DNA of 64,000 bases, from assembly GCA_964106915.2 (NCBI GenBank), contig OZ066916.1; one strand, given 5' to 3'. This document shows, one piece after another, positions 37,438-51,134 of this stretch (positions within the stretch are counted from its first letter, which is position 1; each line of letters begins with the position of its first letter). The notes beneath the pieces were generated by a model. It was not told where the DNA came from. It did no database searches and worked only from the letters and a program-made list of their open reading frames with translations. A program made the position numbers and the translations under genes. Source of the DNA: Podarcis gaigeae. Its lineage: Eukaryota.

Positions 37438-37595
37438 TTATTGTTGTTGTTGTTGTTGTTTTACATTTATATACCACTTTTATATCCCAAGGATCTCAAG
37501 GTGGTATACATGGTTCTCCTCTTCCCTGTTTCATCCTGACAACTCTGTTAAGAGGCTAAGAGATGGTGACTAGCCCAAGGTCATCCAGTAAGCTC
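37438..37595 (-). mobile_element. Old CORE/L2-tailed SINE (Squam3/MIR-like), 3' part
   Basis: (AAC)n tail, and ggtgactagcccaaggtcatccag, the antisense CORE motif. Confidence 0.65.
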
Positions 37596-39547
37596 ACTGT
37601 GACTGGATTCTACACTGGTCTTAGCTGTAGTCCTGACACACAAGTTGGATGTGGCATACTTCAGCCCAACTTAGGTGGGCATGCTGTACGTTTTTAATGG
37701 TTCCTCACAATCCATGAAAAATCCAAATACATGTGTGGGAGGGGAAGGGAAGAGAGACAATGTAATCAATGATTTGATAGACTGGCCTGATCTGACCTTG
37801 AGTCACATGGATTGGCCTTAGCCATAGGTTAATGAGGAAGAAAGAAATATGAATTCCACAATATTCATAAAGTGAGCTAGAAACTGAAACTGTGCCTTTT
37901 TGGGAATGTGACAGACTGCTACCTGGATTAAAAATTCTATTCTTGAGGACTATGACTCAAAGGACTGAGAAATCTCTGTTTATCTGATCTACACGTGCAG
38001 CAGAATCATATAGCACAGTTCTTATTGGACTGTACCATTAAGACTGCAGGTGGGATTACATTTTAAAAAAAATGTTCCTCTACCAGAAATAACTTTTTCT
38101 TTACCTATAAAATTAGCAGACTACCTAATGTTCTGAGGGTGGGCCACTTATGTTTCACTCCCCTCCCCCCAGAAAAGAGGAACGGCATCACCAAAAAAAG
38201 AAGACACAAAAGATAGCTTTTACATAAATTTTGCATATGCTAATTGGTGTTAGAAATAATTACTATAATTTAAATAGAAATACAATACATCTCCCAATAG
38301 TGAGGAGGACTGACCAGGTGCCCAGCCTGCTGTCCATGCCCTTATTGTTGATATGAAGCTTCAAGGCCCCTTCTCTCCTTTGCTATGGTTGCTAATCTTG
38401 AAGCTGGACTGGGCAGGCAGTCCTTTAAATAGGGGACTGTCCTCTGTGAAATAGGTCACCTTGAACGTGCTCTTTTTGTCTGTTCAGGGCATTGTGTTTA
38501 TATGTTTGTTTCCTTTGGGGGCTTGGGCAAAAACCTCAATCAGGGGTGCAGTCCTGGAGAATTTGTACCGTGATTCTGGTGCATTTGTACATCAGCTCTC
38601 ATAACTTCCTTAAAAAAATAAAACACTTCCTGCACCGTGGTGCACAAACAGAAATCTTGATATATCCAAAGGGCTGTATAATATAACATTTGATTAGCAA
38701 GTAATAAAATCAGCCCTCTCTATTTTTAACCATAATCATATATTAGGCTAGCTTTGAGAATAAGAGCTCCAGTTGTTTACCATTGCTTTATGCTATTGAC
38801 AGTAATGCAGCATAACACCTACTTTGGAATCGTAAAAACCGTAAGATAATACTGACAGAAGCAATAATATAAAATCTTGCTAAGCTGATAAAAAAACAAA
38901 TATTCTTCCCTGTGGCTAAAGCAGGCTAAGTGTTTGTGATGGACAAGACAAATATAAATTCAGCTTTAACGTTTTTCACAGCGGTTGGAGATCAAACACT
39001 GTAATGCTGAAAGTTGCAAAGGATCTAAAACCTTCTGAAATGCTCATGTACTGAACACAACCTTGGATGGGAATGAAAAGAATTAAATGTGTTGTTGGTT
39101 TTGCCTGTATTTTGAAATTATAGTTGGAAGTGAGCTGAGGATAAATACATCCTGAGTTATGCTTGAATGGCTTCTCTGTAGCAAAATTAGCAGTTTGAGA
39201 GTCTTTTGCAGGAAATATTGTACTTGAAACCAGGTTATTTTTCTTCTTCCTCAGTATTCTCCCCCCATTTATATCTGTGAGACTTTCTTCCAAATAAGCA
39301 TGCTTAGAATGGCATCCTTTATTATGTAAGTGTACAAATATGTGACTTTACCCCCCTACACATTAGAAAGGTGTGCAATTCAGTTCCTGCTCAGTTTTAT
39401 GTTTGGCTTATCTGAGTTGCAGATTGTATTCTACAGGAAGAAAGCTGCCTGCGATGGAGAAATAAGAAAAGTTGTTTTATGTCACATTGGTTAACATATG
39501 CAAGCTTATTTAACATGTGGACAACGAATAAGCGTAATTACATTAAA

Positions 39548-39824
39548 NNNNNNNNNNNNNNNNNNNNNNNNNNNNNNNNNNNNNNNNNNNNNNNNNNNNN
39601 NNNNNNNNNNNNNNNNNNNNNNNNNNNNNNNNNNNNNNNNNNNNNNNNNNNNNNNNNNNNNNNNNNNNNNNNNNNNNNNNNNNNNNNNNNNNNNNNNNNN
39701 NNNNNNNNNNNNNNNNNNNNNNNNNNNNNNNNNNNNNNNNNNNNNNNNNNNNNNNNNNNNNNNNNNNNNNNNNNNNNNNNNNNNNNNNNNNNNNNNNNNN
39801 NNNNNNNNNNNNNNNNNNNNNNNN
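39548..39824. other. Assembly gap
   Basis: Run of N. Confidence 1.
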
Positions 39825-40834
39825 GCTGAAATGCATGCACTGCAAACATCCATACCCCTGCATATATTAAATTTAGCTATGTGATGCTCTCTGTTCATCA
39901 TCTTTTTGTGTACACAGACACGCTTTAGAACAAAGCCTTAATAGTAGGAGAACCTTACTACATTATGCCAACATGCTATTGTGTTTATATTTACCGCTGC
40001 CATTTACTTTCTCTCCCTGAATCAAGTGTGCTAAATGCGGTCCTTTTCCCCACCCTCATGCTGTTTATTTAAAATAGGATATGATAGAGCTGAGCTGCAA
40101 GCCATCCAAAGATTAATTTGTACAGAAGGAGGAAAATAGTGGGTTTTCATCCCCCACCCACCTCCACAACCTCAAAAGTTAAACAGCCGACATATTTAGC
40201 ATCTATTTGCCTAACAGCAGTAATTTCCAGACCATCAGATCTAACCCGAGGGAAGGAAGGAAACATGGAAGTCACAGCACTTGCCAGTCAGGTAACGTAA
40301 CATACAATATTCAACATTTTGACAAATCCTTATTTTCAGTACAGCATGATTCCTTCCGACACCTTCTCCTACTGATGTTTCTTGTGCTCTCTCTCTTTAT
40401 CTCATCCGATTCCCAAAGGATCTGGACAGGTAACTAGCATGCATAACAATGCCCTCCCACTAGGTTCAACAAATATTAGAGCTATGGTCTAGTTATGGTG
40501 ATTTATTTAGAGCAGCTCTCCCTAACCTGGTCCCCTTTCAGATGTTTTGCACTACAATTCTTATCAAGCCCAGCCTGCAGGGGTGATTTAGTCCCAAACA
40601 AACAGAGGGCACCAGGTTGGGATTGGTTAAGCCAATGCTATTCTTGTGGCTCCCAAGAGAAAATTGTACATTTTAAGTATAGTTCCAAAAGGCTTACCCA
40701 TGCAAAAAAATGAATCAATCCTATTTTCAATGACAGAAACATCTCTCTTAAAACAGTTATAATGGTTGACCATTATTTATCCAACTTTAGAGAACATACA
40801 GGATCTTCTGTCATTCCCGGAGGGAACACATATA

Positions 40835-41063
40835 CAGTGGTACCTCGGGTTACATACACTTCAGTTTACATACGCTTCAGGTTACAGACTCCGTTAACCC
40901 AGAAATAGTGCTTCAGGTTAAGAACTTTGCTTCAGGATGAGAACAGAAATTGTGCTCTGGCGGCATGGCAGCAGCAGGAGGCCCCATTAGCTAAAGTGGT
41001 TAAGAACAGTTTCAGGTTAAGTACGGACCTCCGGAACGAATTAAGTACTTAACCCAAGGACTG
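40835..41063. mobile_element. Tigger-like MITE, same family as 11722-11936
   Basis: TA+CAGTGGTACCTC left end, shared ggccccattagctaaagtggt core, damaged right TIR. Confidence 0.88.
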
Positions 41064-43427
41064 GGAAAGGCTTGTTTACCACATTAGAAGGAAATGGAGG
41101 GAATACTAGGTACCCACCAAACAGCAACAAGGACAGCATAAGCATTCTTACCCATCTATCTCCTTGCAGCATCAGGAAGGTGAACAAAACTCACATCTCA
41201 CTGTCACGGAAAGTACCTCCTGAGAACTTTTGTTGACCAGATTGTAGCCTGATTGTTGGTTTTGTCAGTTGTGACCTGTGCAAATTCCCTAAAAATTCTA
41301 CTTGTGCCAGGCCTTCAGAATAAAGACCCTTTAAACATAGAGAATATCCAGAGCCCTATCCTTAATGATAAACAAGAGCTAATACTGTACTCTTTTAGTG
41401 GAGTAAGATGAAGATTATTAGGTGAACAATGAATGCCAAAACTGTAGCAAAGTAGACATCTTCACTATGTGTCCAAATTATGAGTGAAATGCAAACACAA
41501 TTTTTGAAAATAAATCTGGTTGTGCTGGAATTTTGACATAATGATGGAAAAAAATTCTTCTAATTGGAATCTGCTAATGTGCATGCTTACATACATATGT
41601 GTGCACATACACAGAGAGACAGAGTAAATGTTTCTGGAATAAAAAAACACATTGTCTATTAGGACACTTGCCATGGCCACTGAGAGAGCATGTACCCAAT
41701 TGTAGCATGGAACATATCAGTTTGAAGGAAAATAGTGGTTTTGTCAGAAGAAGATATTTGATGAAAATGCTGGTTGCAGTCTTTGTAATCTCTGCTCTGA
41801 AAGATCTGGCTTCAACAAATAATGTGAACCCAAGACATTGGCTTAATTAATTTAGGTCTTGTGGAATGTTTATAAACCCAGAATTTTTTTAAAAAACTAT
41901 TGGTAAAGCAAGGCTTAGGCATAAAATTATTAGAGGTTAATTCATCAGAGAAGAGAGTTACTACCACTATCAAAGAGTTAAATTCAGCTCTAGCAAACAA
42001 CTGTTTTGACATACCAGCACTCAGGATCTGCCCACTTATCACTATGCTCAAATGACTGTGAATTGGATAGTAAAATGTTGCCCTCTACAGCAATATTATT
42101 TTGCCTTTAGATATTTTTATTAACTGTCATGGCTAATATGGAATAAAAAAGACACATCATTATTCATTTGAAATTCAGTTCCATTGACATCATTAAATAA
42201 AGTGGATCAATCTGCTTGAACAATATTTATCACTAGACTATTTATGGAACAAGGGTCTACAGTTTTTAAAAGTGGAAAATTCTTTCTTTCTTCATTCTGT
42301 GTGAATTGGATCAGGAAAATATATTTCAATACATCGCAATCACTGCTGAACAAAGCTGATTTAAAATTAAAGCTACATATCGCTGATATGAAATGGCTTA
42401 CTTTGGCTTTTAAATAATAAAAAATAATTAATGCCAATGTGGATGTCAGCCATGCTTATATTCTGAAGGTGAGTATTGGAGGCTTGTAGACTATCAGTGA
42501 TTACATATATGACTCAGTGCATAACTCTTCCCTGCCAAACCACGGTTGTTGGTGGCTATCTAATCTGCCTAATGGATAGACCAGCTAGGAGTGCATCTCT
42601 TAACCAAATGGGACACAGTTCAAATGTATACCTTAAACATTAAAATATTCAGGAGGCATATTCCAAAGCCAGGTTGCAGATAGCCCCTAATTATCAAAAT
42701 GAATTACACATTTCTTATGTAGCCACCATCGTATGGTGTTCCTCCTTATTATGATTTTGATAACTGAGTTTGTAATGTCAGGGCAAAATAATTTACGTCA
42801 GATTGAAGACTACAGCAATCCATTCCATGGAATTGCTGGAGGCACATTAATCCGTTTTGCAATCATTGGAGCTAACTGCCATGTTTACTTGGAAGTAAGA
42901 CACACAGATTTCAAAGTGTGTTCTCAATTGTGCTTAGAAACATAACCATGCATGAATTCTCTGTGATTTCCACTGATTTCAGCTGGACTGCACACATTTT
43001 CTGATGGAAATCACTGTTAACGGCTTGGTATTTGTTTATAGTAAACAGCACTTTCAAAGGCAAAACAGCAATCTTCATCAGAAAAGCAGTCTGGCTTCAG
43101 AACACATTCCAGATCAGAGCCCCTTGACAGCTTCTTCTTCAGAAGACTAATGCCACATGTAAATTAGCAGTGAATTGCCTCCTTCTAAGGTGAAAGCTAG
43201 AAAACAGGGTCTCCTGTATTCTGTGACTTCTTTGGGCGGCCCCACAGTGGCTTAAAGAATGAAATCAACCTGTTCACTGTCAACTTAGAAGTGCCCCCCA
43301 GAAGGCTCTTGGCATCAACCTTCCCAAGCTGGTGAGCCTTGAGGTCAATGCCACCTGATCAGGGTCGTCTCTTTCTAGGTTCCCTTGAACTGGCAACCCT
43401 TCATGTATGCTGATGGTTAGACCCCAG

Positions 43428-44521
43428 TGTCTTGCAAGACAAGGCATCAGATTTCCCATACCGCAACCCATATAAATAAGAGACCAATCAGACTGGTTTT
43501 GGGGTAAAAACAGACCACAATTTTATTGAATACAGATGAAAGAGGTTTGGCTTGGGCATAAAAGGTAAAGGTAAAGGGACCCCTGACCATTAGGTCCAGT
43601 TGTGACCGACTCTGGGATTGCGGCACTCATCTTGCTTTATTGGCTGAGGGAGCCGGTGTACAGCTTCCGGGTCATGTGGCCAGCATGACTAAGCTGCTTC
43701 TGGCGAACCAGAGCAGCGCATGGAAACACCACTTACCTTCCCACTTTGACATGCTTTCGAACTGCTAGGTTGGCAGGAGCAGGGGCAGAGCAACGGGAGC
43801 TCACCCTGTCACGGGGATTCAAACTACCGACCTTCTGATTGGCAAGTCCTAGGCTCTGTGGTTTAACCCACAGCACCACCCATGGGGCAATCTAAATACT
43901 TCCAGCTCGCCCACCGGAAGTGACACATGGTTGGTCAATCCAGGCTTACGTCAAATAGAGTGACCCCCACAGGGTCCGCCATCTAAGGGAGTGCCTTCAG
44001 CCCTGGCCCCCCTGGGCATGCGGATATGGCCACTCCCCCCAGATCCCTTTAATGGGATACACCAGCGTTTGGAGGGGCAGGTGGGGAATACAACCTTCCC
44101 TCCGTCCAAAACAAGGGATTGCCCCAATGCTCAACCAGTTGTGATGAATTGCTGTGAGGTAGACAAAAACCCCAGGTCAGTGCCAATTAGCTCAATGGGC
44201 AAATTCCTAACCAGCCCCGTAAAGAACTGCAACCACCGTAGCCACAGCAAAGTCATTGCCTATCAGTGTAAATTGTGGGTGGGTGGGATGGGAGGGAAAT
44301 CCCGTGCAGGAACAAATAGGCTATGCCCCACGTGTGGGCTGCTTAAATGGGCAGGGGGCGGATCCGAGGGAATCCCACTGTCGGCTCCATTGGCTCTGCC
44401 CCCTGGCACAACCCACGTCCCAGCCTGCATTCCCATTCGCCAATGCAGCTCCTGATAGGCGGGTGGGGCATATGCCCCACCCCCACCTATCAGGAAGGGC
44501 ACTGCCATTTGAATTTTACCA
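43428..44521 (-). mobile_element. Solo LTR (ERV/Gypsy-type) with a nested Sauria SINE
   Basis: TG...CA ends flanked by the 4-bp TSD CCAG (43424-43427 and 44522-44525), minus-strand AATAAA near 43522-43527, similarity to 15381-16154. Confidence 0.65.
43561..43884 (-). mobile_element. Sauria SINE
   Basis: aaaggtaaaggtaaaggg tail, full body, tRNA head at the right. Confidence 0.93.
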
Positions 44522-46265
44522 CCAGGGCCCCAGTGAAGCCTCTTCCATCCAGCAATGCTGCCGCACCAAAAGAGCTGAGTGGACTTAGTAGTTCTCCCCC
44601 CATACCTTCTCCTTGGCTGGCTGGTACAAGGCCTTGCACAGGTGGCTCCTTGCAGACTCACAAAAAGTTGGTGATAATGCTGGTCAGAGAACTTAAAATC
44701 TACAGTTATTAGTATTTCTTGCAATAATACAAAAGAATTTAAATTGCAGCAGGTATGGAAAGCTCTGGAAGCTGTTACATATTTTTCTCAAAAATTCCAA
44801 TATGCATTCCCCCCAGGAATAATTTTGGTCACATTTTTTGTTCCTTTGTTTAAATTCATCACAATACAGAAGAGGTTTGCTTTCATTGGTTCCTGTGTTA
44901 CTGAGGTCCAAGCATTCCAGTTGCACGGTAGCCTTTTTCAGGCAGGGTTAAGAAAAATGCCAAAATGGATACAGAAATGTTGTCTTGTTGTGCAATTCAC
45001 TTCAATGCATATTAGTTCTCAAGCAGAATTCTGCTTATTATTCTTATCCTTATTAATAAAAAAAATATTATTATTAATTCTGTGCAACAATTTGTAGACC
45101 CATCTTCCTATGGCTTTGTTTATATGACTTCCTTTCTCTCTCTCTCCTTTTATACAAAGTCTTGCAACATCAGGTTGAAAAGTCATTGTGATCCTTCCAT
45201 ATTTCCTTGCTCTACTTCATGTACCTCCATGTGGTAAAAGAGGTGCAGGAACAGATTCATGCCACTGAAATTTTGCTAAAATGCACTCCTCCTCTCTATG
45301 GTTTGTGAGCACTTCTCTCTCCATAATTAATCAGGGGTGCCTCTCGTGGTTTACTTGTGTGAGGTGGAATAGTCTCCTAAATTTTAAACAAGATACTTGA
45401 TATGAGACATGAAGATTACTGAGCAAGAAAAAGTATGTGAGGAGGTAGGTCTCACAGGATCTGTGACAACACATGGGCTTCCTCGATTGTCCCTCTGAGA
45501 GGTGCTCTTGGCATTTCTTGCTTGTATGAGTCAATGTCTTAACCAATGCTTTATTAATGTCCCCATAAATGCTTTACACATTACTTTAAAATGTGTTTGT
45601 TAGGAGATGTAGCCAGAGCAAACTGTCAGCACTTTGAAGGCCCATTGAATTCAAGGGGAAAGTTATGCACATGATTAACTCTGCCCAATTGAAATCAAAG
45701 ACACCTAAAAGTGCTTAACTTTGACTTGGCTCTGTCCTTTTATTTGCTTGGATGCAAATAATGAGTGCCTGCAAAGGGTACAGCTTGATTAACATTATGA
45801 CTCTCTATAAAACAAATCATAAAGCAAAATAAATAAAGTCATTAAGGCTGAAAGCCTGCTTGCAGAAAGTTCTGCCGCTGACCCCAGTGGGGTCTAGGCT
45901 CCGTCCTAAGAGTTTCGCAGCATTTCCTTGAACGTAAGATGCAAAAACTGTTTGGTTAAAGCATCTCTGCATATTATTATTATTGCTGCCCAAAGGCTTT
46001 TGGTATTTGTTCTCTGTGTATATTGCACTTGCATGGGATTTTATTGTGCCAATTATTGTAGTTCATTAAGTTTATTGCAGCTGAATTAAAATAAAACATG
46101 ACCCTAACAAACTCTGAAGAAATAACAACTCCTGTTGCTTATTCAAAAAGTATCGTTTTTGTTAAGAATCAAACCGTAGATAAATAGAGGAGTGACAGAT
46201 CTAGAAAGGAGGGTTCACCAGAAGAAAAATGCAGTAAAAAAATGGTAAGTAACAATAATTATGAT

Positions 46266-46605
46266 CAAGGCTGGATTTAGGTTTGATGAGGCCCTAAGCT
46301 ACTCAAGGTAATGGGGCCCTTTATATGTCCAGTTGTCCTTTGTCAACAACAAATTGTCGCTGTTTTTTGTGTTGAATATATGCTATATGTGGGGCCCATC
46401 ACTTACAGCATAGGAGCTTACACAACGCAAAACACTGTTGCTGCATGTAGGTTTTGTTTTATTTTATTTGTTTTTTTTATCTTATATTTTGGAAATATAC
46501 CATACATCCAGGGTTTTTTTCCCTTAAATTTTTTTTGGGGGGTGGGGGCAAGAGAATGGGGCCCTAAGTTATAGCTTGTATAGCTTATACGTAAATCTGG
46601 CACTG
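46266..46605. mobile_element. hAT-type MITE
   Basis: CAAGGCTGGATTTA / TAAATCTGGCACTG TIRs, perfect 8-bp TSD ATTATGAT, gggccc subterminal motifs. Confidence 0.88.
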
Positions 46606-46760
46606 ATTATGATACAGTGTTTCATTGTTGTCCTATACACTTAGAAGGTATATCGCAGGAACATGTATCAGCTGTGCTTGGATGCAGAATAACAAAGTTT
46701 TGGAGCCGGGGGACACCTGCCTCCTTCCTTACTTGAAGCAGGTTGTCAATAATATGGATA

Positions 46761-47107
46761 TAAAAGGGACACCTGACCATTAGGTTCAGTCTCGGACGAC
46801 TCTGAGGTTGCGGCGCTCATCTCGCTTTACTGGCCGAGGGAGCCTGCGTTCAGCTTCCGGGATATGTGGCCAGCATGATTAAGCCATTTCTGGTGCACCA
46901 GAGCAACGCATGGAAACACCATTTACTTTCCTGCCAGAGCGGTACCTATTTATCTACTTGCATTTCGATGTGCTTTCGAACTGCTAGGTTGACAGGAGCA
47001 GGGACCGAGCAACGGGAGCTCACCCTGTCGAGGGGGTTCGAATCACGACCTTCTGATCAGCAAGCCCTAGGCTCTGTAGTTTAGACCACAGTGCCACCTG
47101 TGTCCCT
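46761..47107 (-). mobile_element. Sauria SINE, near full length
   Basis: Full body; TSD TAATATGGA at 46750-46758 and 47109-47117. Confidence 0.93.
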
Positions 47108-47548
47108 CTAATATGGAGATATTCATCCCATAATGGATCAGGGCCCCCAAAAGCCTTACATTACACTGTTGTTTCTATACTTTTTATACTTTATAGCTCT
47201 TATTGTTTCTTTCATTTCATTTTAATAATGAACCACTTCTCATGAAACATTCCAAAGTGATTGACAATGAAAGCATCATAAAATCAAATATAGGTTTTCC
47301 TATAGATCTATGTTTGTCAAAGTCCTTGGGCTTTGCAAGAGGTGTGGTTGTCCAAAATGCTGCTTGTGGTGTATTGAAGAGCTCTGTTTTGTTAAAGAAC
47401 AGCAGTGGAGGATTTTTGTCAGCATTAAAAGCTTCATTTAAGTTTTTCTTTTTTTAAGTCCTACTTTATTCTGCTTTGACATGAAATGGAAAAAACAAAA
47501 ACAAAATACCAGAGGCCTGTAAGATCTACCCAAGGACACAAACAAGTA

Positions 47549-47700
47549 CAGTCGTACCTTGGTTTTCGACAGCTTAGTTCTCGAATGTTTTGGCTCCCAA
47601 ACATTGCAAACCTGGAAGTGACTGTTCCAGTTTGCAAGCTATTTTTGGAAGCCGAACGTCTGATGGGGCTTCCATGGCTTCCGATTGGCTGCAGGAGCTT
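47549..47700. mobile_element. Tigger-like MITE fragment, same family as 26749-27000
   Basis: TA+CAGTCGTACCTTGG end; antisense match to 26860-27000. Confidence 0.8.
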
Positions 47701-48204
47701 ATTCTAGGGTTTTCATGCATTAATTAGAGTTAAGTATGTTGGTTATATGAGGCTGGATACATCCCACATTTTTATGCATACTTTGCCCAAGTATATGCAT
47801 TTTTCGACACATTCCTTGGCTTCTTTGGCTAGAGAATGGCATTGCAACATTCAGATAAGTGCACATTTTGAAGGATGAGTGTGTTTTGATTCATATATTG
47901 TTTTGAAAAGAGTGAATCAGGTAAGTTTGCCTATAAATGTGAACTGAATTAAATTTCTTCCCCAACTCTAGTTGTGTGAGGTTAGCATCTCAAAGGTTAT
48001 TAGCTAACACTTCATCCAACTTTCAGAAAACAGGGGATTCTGCAGAGTCTGCTGGAGGATAAGTGGGCAGTGTTCTCAGAAGTATACGCATGTGCTGTCT
48101 GGTTGGAATGGGGAAGACGAAAGGGGAGTGAAGTTTGGTTTCACCTTAGTCCATTTCAGCCTCACTTGCCATGCCTCTTCTACTGGCACTCAACTTTTCT
48201 GCCC

Positions 48205-48344
48205 NNNNNNNNNNNNNNNNNNNNNNNNNNNNNNNNNNNNNNNNNNNNNNNNNNNNNNNNNNNNNNNNNNNNNNNNNNNNNNNNNNNNNNNNNNNNNNNN
48301 NNNNNNNNNNNNNNNNNNNNNNNNNNNNNNNNNNNNNNNNNNNN
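48205..48344. other. Assembly gap
   Basis: Run of N. Confidence 1.
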
Positions 48345-50150
48345 CTAGTGATTAGCTTTGATTGACACCGAACACTTCTGCTTTCACAGACATACTTTAA
48401 CATCCATAAATGATTGTTTTAAAATGAGAAGCACTGGGCTTCTACGGTCCCTGCTTTAGTAAATAGGCAGTACAAGTGTATTAACAGATAACTCTGGAGC
48501 AAATACAAAGCACTGTATACTCTTTTTAATCTTGTCTCTCCCCCCTTTTGGGGGGGTGGAGAAATCTTCCAACTGCAAATATTCTTTCATAAAGATTTCA
48601 AAACAAATAAGCCAGGAGTATTTCCACCAAAGAACCTTAATTTCATTTCATGATAGGCACTCCGAACTTCCATCCCAGTGTCACGATTTTAAAAACCAAT
48701 GACATACATGATTCCATTTAAAGCAGAAATTATCATTTACCCACATTTTGTTTCTTATGTCTACTGCTGTTAGTGCAGCTGGGAGATAGGAGAGGAAGGA
48801 GAAATGCAACAACTAAACACCAACACGGGCTTGCTCTTCTGCAGCCAAATCCTGATTGTTGTTGTTTGTTGTTTTAAGGAAAGGAAAGGAATGATTGTGT
48901 ACTCAGTTGTTGTTGTTTTTACTCTGCAAGCTCTCCAAATGGGGACAGGAAGCTACCAGGCTAGGACAGAATACAAGAATGCTGCCTGATAAAAAATAGG
49001 GACAGTTTGAGCATATGGGACTTTTCCACTGGTACTTTCATGTGTGCACTGATCTCTGCTGCTTCTGTGGGCCAAAGTGATTCCTAGGCTCTCATGTGGA
49101 GATGGGGGAAGATATAGAGCAGATACCTTATGCCTTTACTGACACAGGACCACTTTTAACCCAAACATGTATTTGGGGTCCTATTTCTTAATCTTTTACC
49201 ACATATTTGCATCGTGCATGTGCTCCTGTTGCGGGCCACATAAGATCAGGCTGTGACTCACGAGCTGAAGACCAGTGCTATAGAGGACCATACTTTTACC
49301 GGACGGACATTACATCTTTCTTTCTTTGGAATAGCTGTGCCTAAAACAAGGGAAGCAAAGAGGATAGCAAAGTGACTTCTGTCCTGATCAGACAATGGGA
49401 TCATTAAAAAGAGTAAAATTCACACACAGGTTCTGAAAAGTTAAGGAAAACAAACAAGCCAGCAAAAAGCAGCAGCGCTATAAAGCAACATTGGTTTGTT
49501 GTCATTACAGCAATCAGCTGCATGAATTTCAGAGTATCTTTGACAATGTCTCACTGCAGCTTTTGCAAAGGTTAAGTATTACAATTAGGCAGTTAGGCAA
49601 CTTGGCAAAGAACAGAATTGAAGCCACAGTCTCTGGATTTAAGCCAGTCCGCACCCCACCATGAGTATGTGCACAAAGAGACAGAACACACAATGCGGCT
49701 AACTTGTGCCAAACCAAAACTTTTTTTAACTTAATAAGTTAGTTATATCAGTGACTCAGTTTGACTCTCAATTGTATTGAGCTTCATTATGCTAAACTCT
49801 TTTAGAATACCTTTAACGTTGTTGCCACCATGCTAAAGATTTGGGGGTTTTGAATATTATTTTGGTGTTAGATATTTTGCTAGAATTTGCACACCCAAAT
49901 TCATGGATATATTAATTTGAAAACAAGATAGTGAGGCAAAGCAAGGAAAGACACCAACTGCAGTTGCTCAGACTGGAACAGCTCTGAAGCCAAGACTTTA
50001 TATATTAAGGTAATCATTGATTGACCTATGGGATCAATTGACAATTACTGCATTGGGTGTCTTACACTGCAGTGCTTAGTCACATTTGTAAGGGAGTCGG
50101 CGTTCTGGTGGTGCAGGATGTAAGGCACCCTGTATTGAATGCCAGGTACA

Positions 50151-50889
50151 TAGGGAGAGGAAAGAGATTTGAATCAATTATTGCTTTAATGTGAACCTGC
50201 CTAATTCACATTTTCCAGAAGAGTATATGAACTGAAACACTGGTATAGTTCAAAATTCACACCTGTCTGAACGTTGCCAAGTTCTCCAACCCAAAATGTA
50301 TATAGTAAATGAAAGGCTATCTGAAAATGCATGTATTAATGAAACCAACATACAGAAAAGCAGTATACATGGGAAAACTGTTTGCAAAAATGGTTACCTT
50401 AGGAGAAATTTGCAACAAAATAGTGACAAATTTTTCATGAGAACTGGAAAAAATAATCTAACTGTTGCAGAAGCGTGGTGAACTGAATTTAAGAACTGGA
50501 AAATGAGAAATTGAAGTCAACAGATTCATCCATTCCTATTGTTACCTAGGGATAAGGGAATTTGCCAATTTTATTTTCTCTTTTTCCATTTTCCCAATCT
50601 CAACTTCAGTCCTCCATATTTCCACATCAGTCTGTAGATTTATTTTTAAGCCTTCATGAAAATTCAACAGCATTTTAGTGCAAATAAGCACATGTTTGTA
50701 TGTCATTTTGCCTAATATAAACATTTCTGCAAAGCAAGTTTCCTGAAACACAATGCAGTTTGGTATTTTATTTTCACTAATACATGCATTTTATGCACAC
50801 AGTTTACCCTAGCACATTCATTTTTGTACACATGTTTAAGTAGATTAGCTTTTAAACATGAACAGAATCAAATTGCTCCCCCATCCTTA
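50151..50889. mobile_element. Two related TAGGG...CCTA non-autonomous elements in inverted orientation (50151-50538 and 50547-50889)
   Basis: The right end of copy 1 is the approximate reverse complement of the left end of copy 2. Confidence 0.6.
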
Positions 50890-51134
50890 CCAAAGCAACA
50901 TTTTCATACACCCCCCCTGATGCTTCTGATGTTTTAAAACTGATAAGAGATTGGACAGCACAGGAAATTCCTTTCTCTTCCATGCATCAGCTTTAGTCCA
51001 CTGCTACTCAATCTAGAGAAAATATTCCCTCTTCCACTGATCCTCAAGCAAGGAAGATGAGGTGATTTCCTGAACTGGTCAATCTCTAATAAACATACAC
51101 ACATTTCCTTCCCTTACTCTCAACAAACCCTGTC

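Noticed and set aside
43991-44724. Overlapping 110-154 aa ORFs (similarly 15517-16100 and 57093-57530)
   Set aside because: Stop-poor GC-rich LTR-like DNA with no gag, pol or env motifs.
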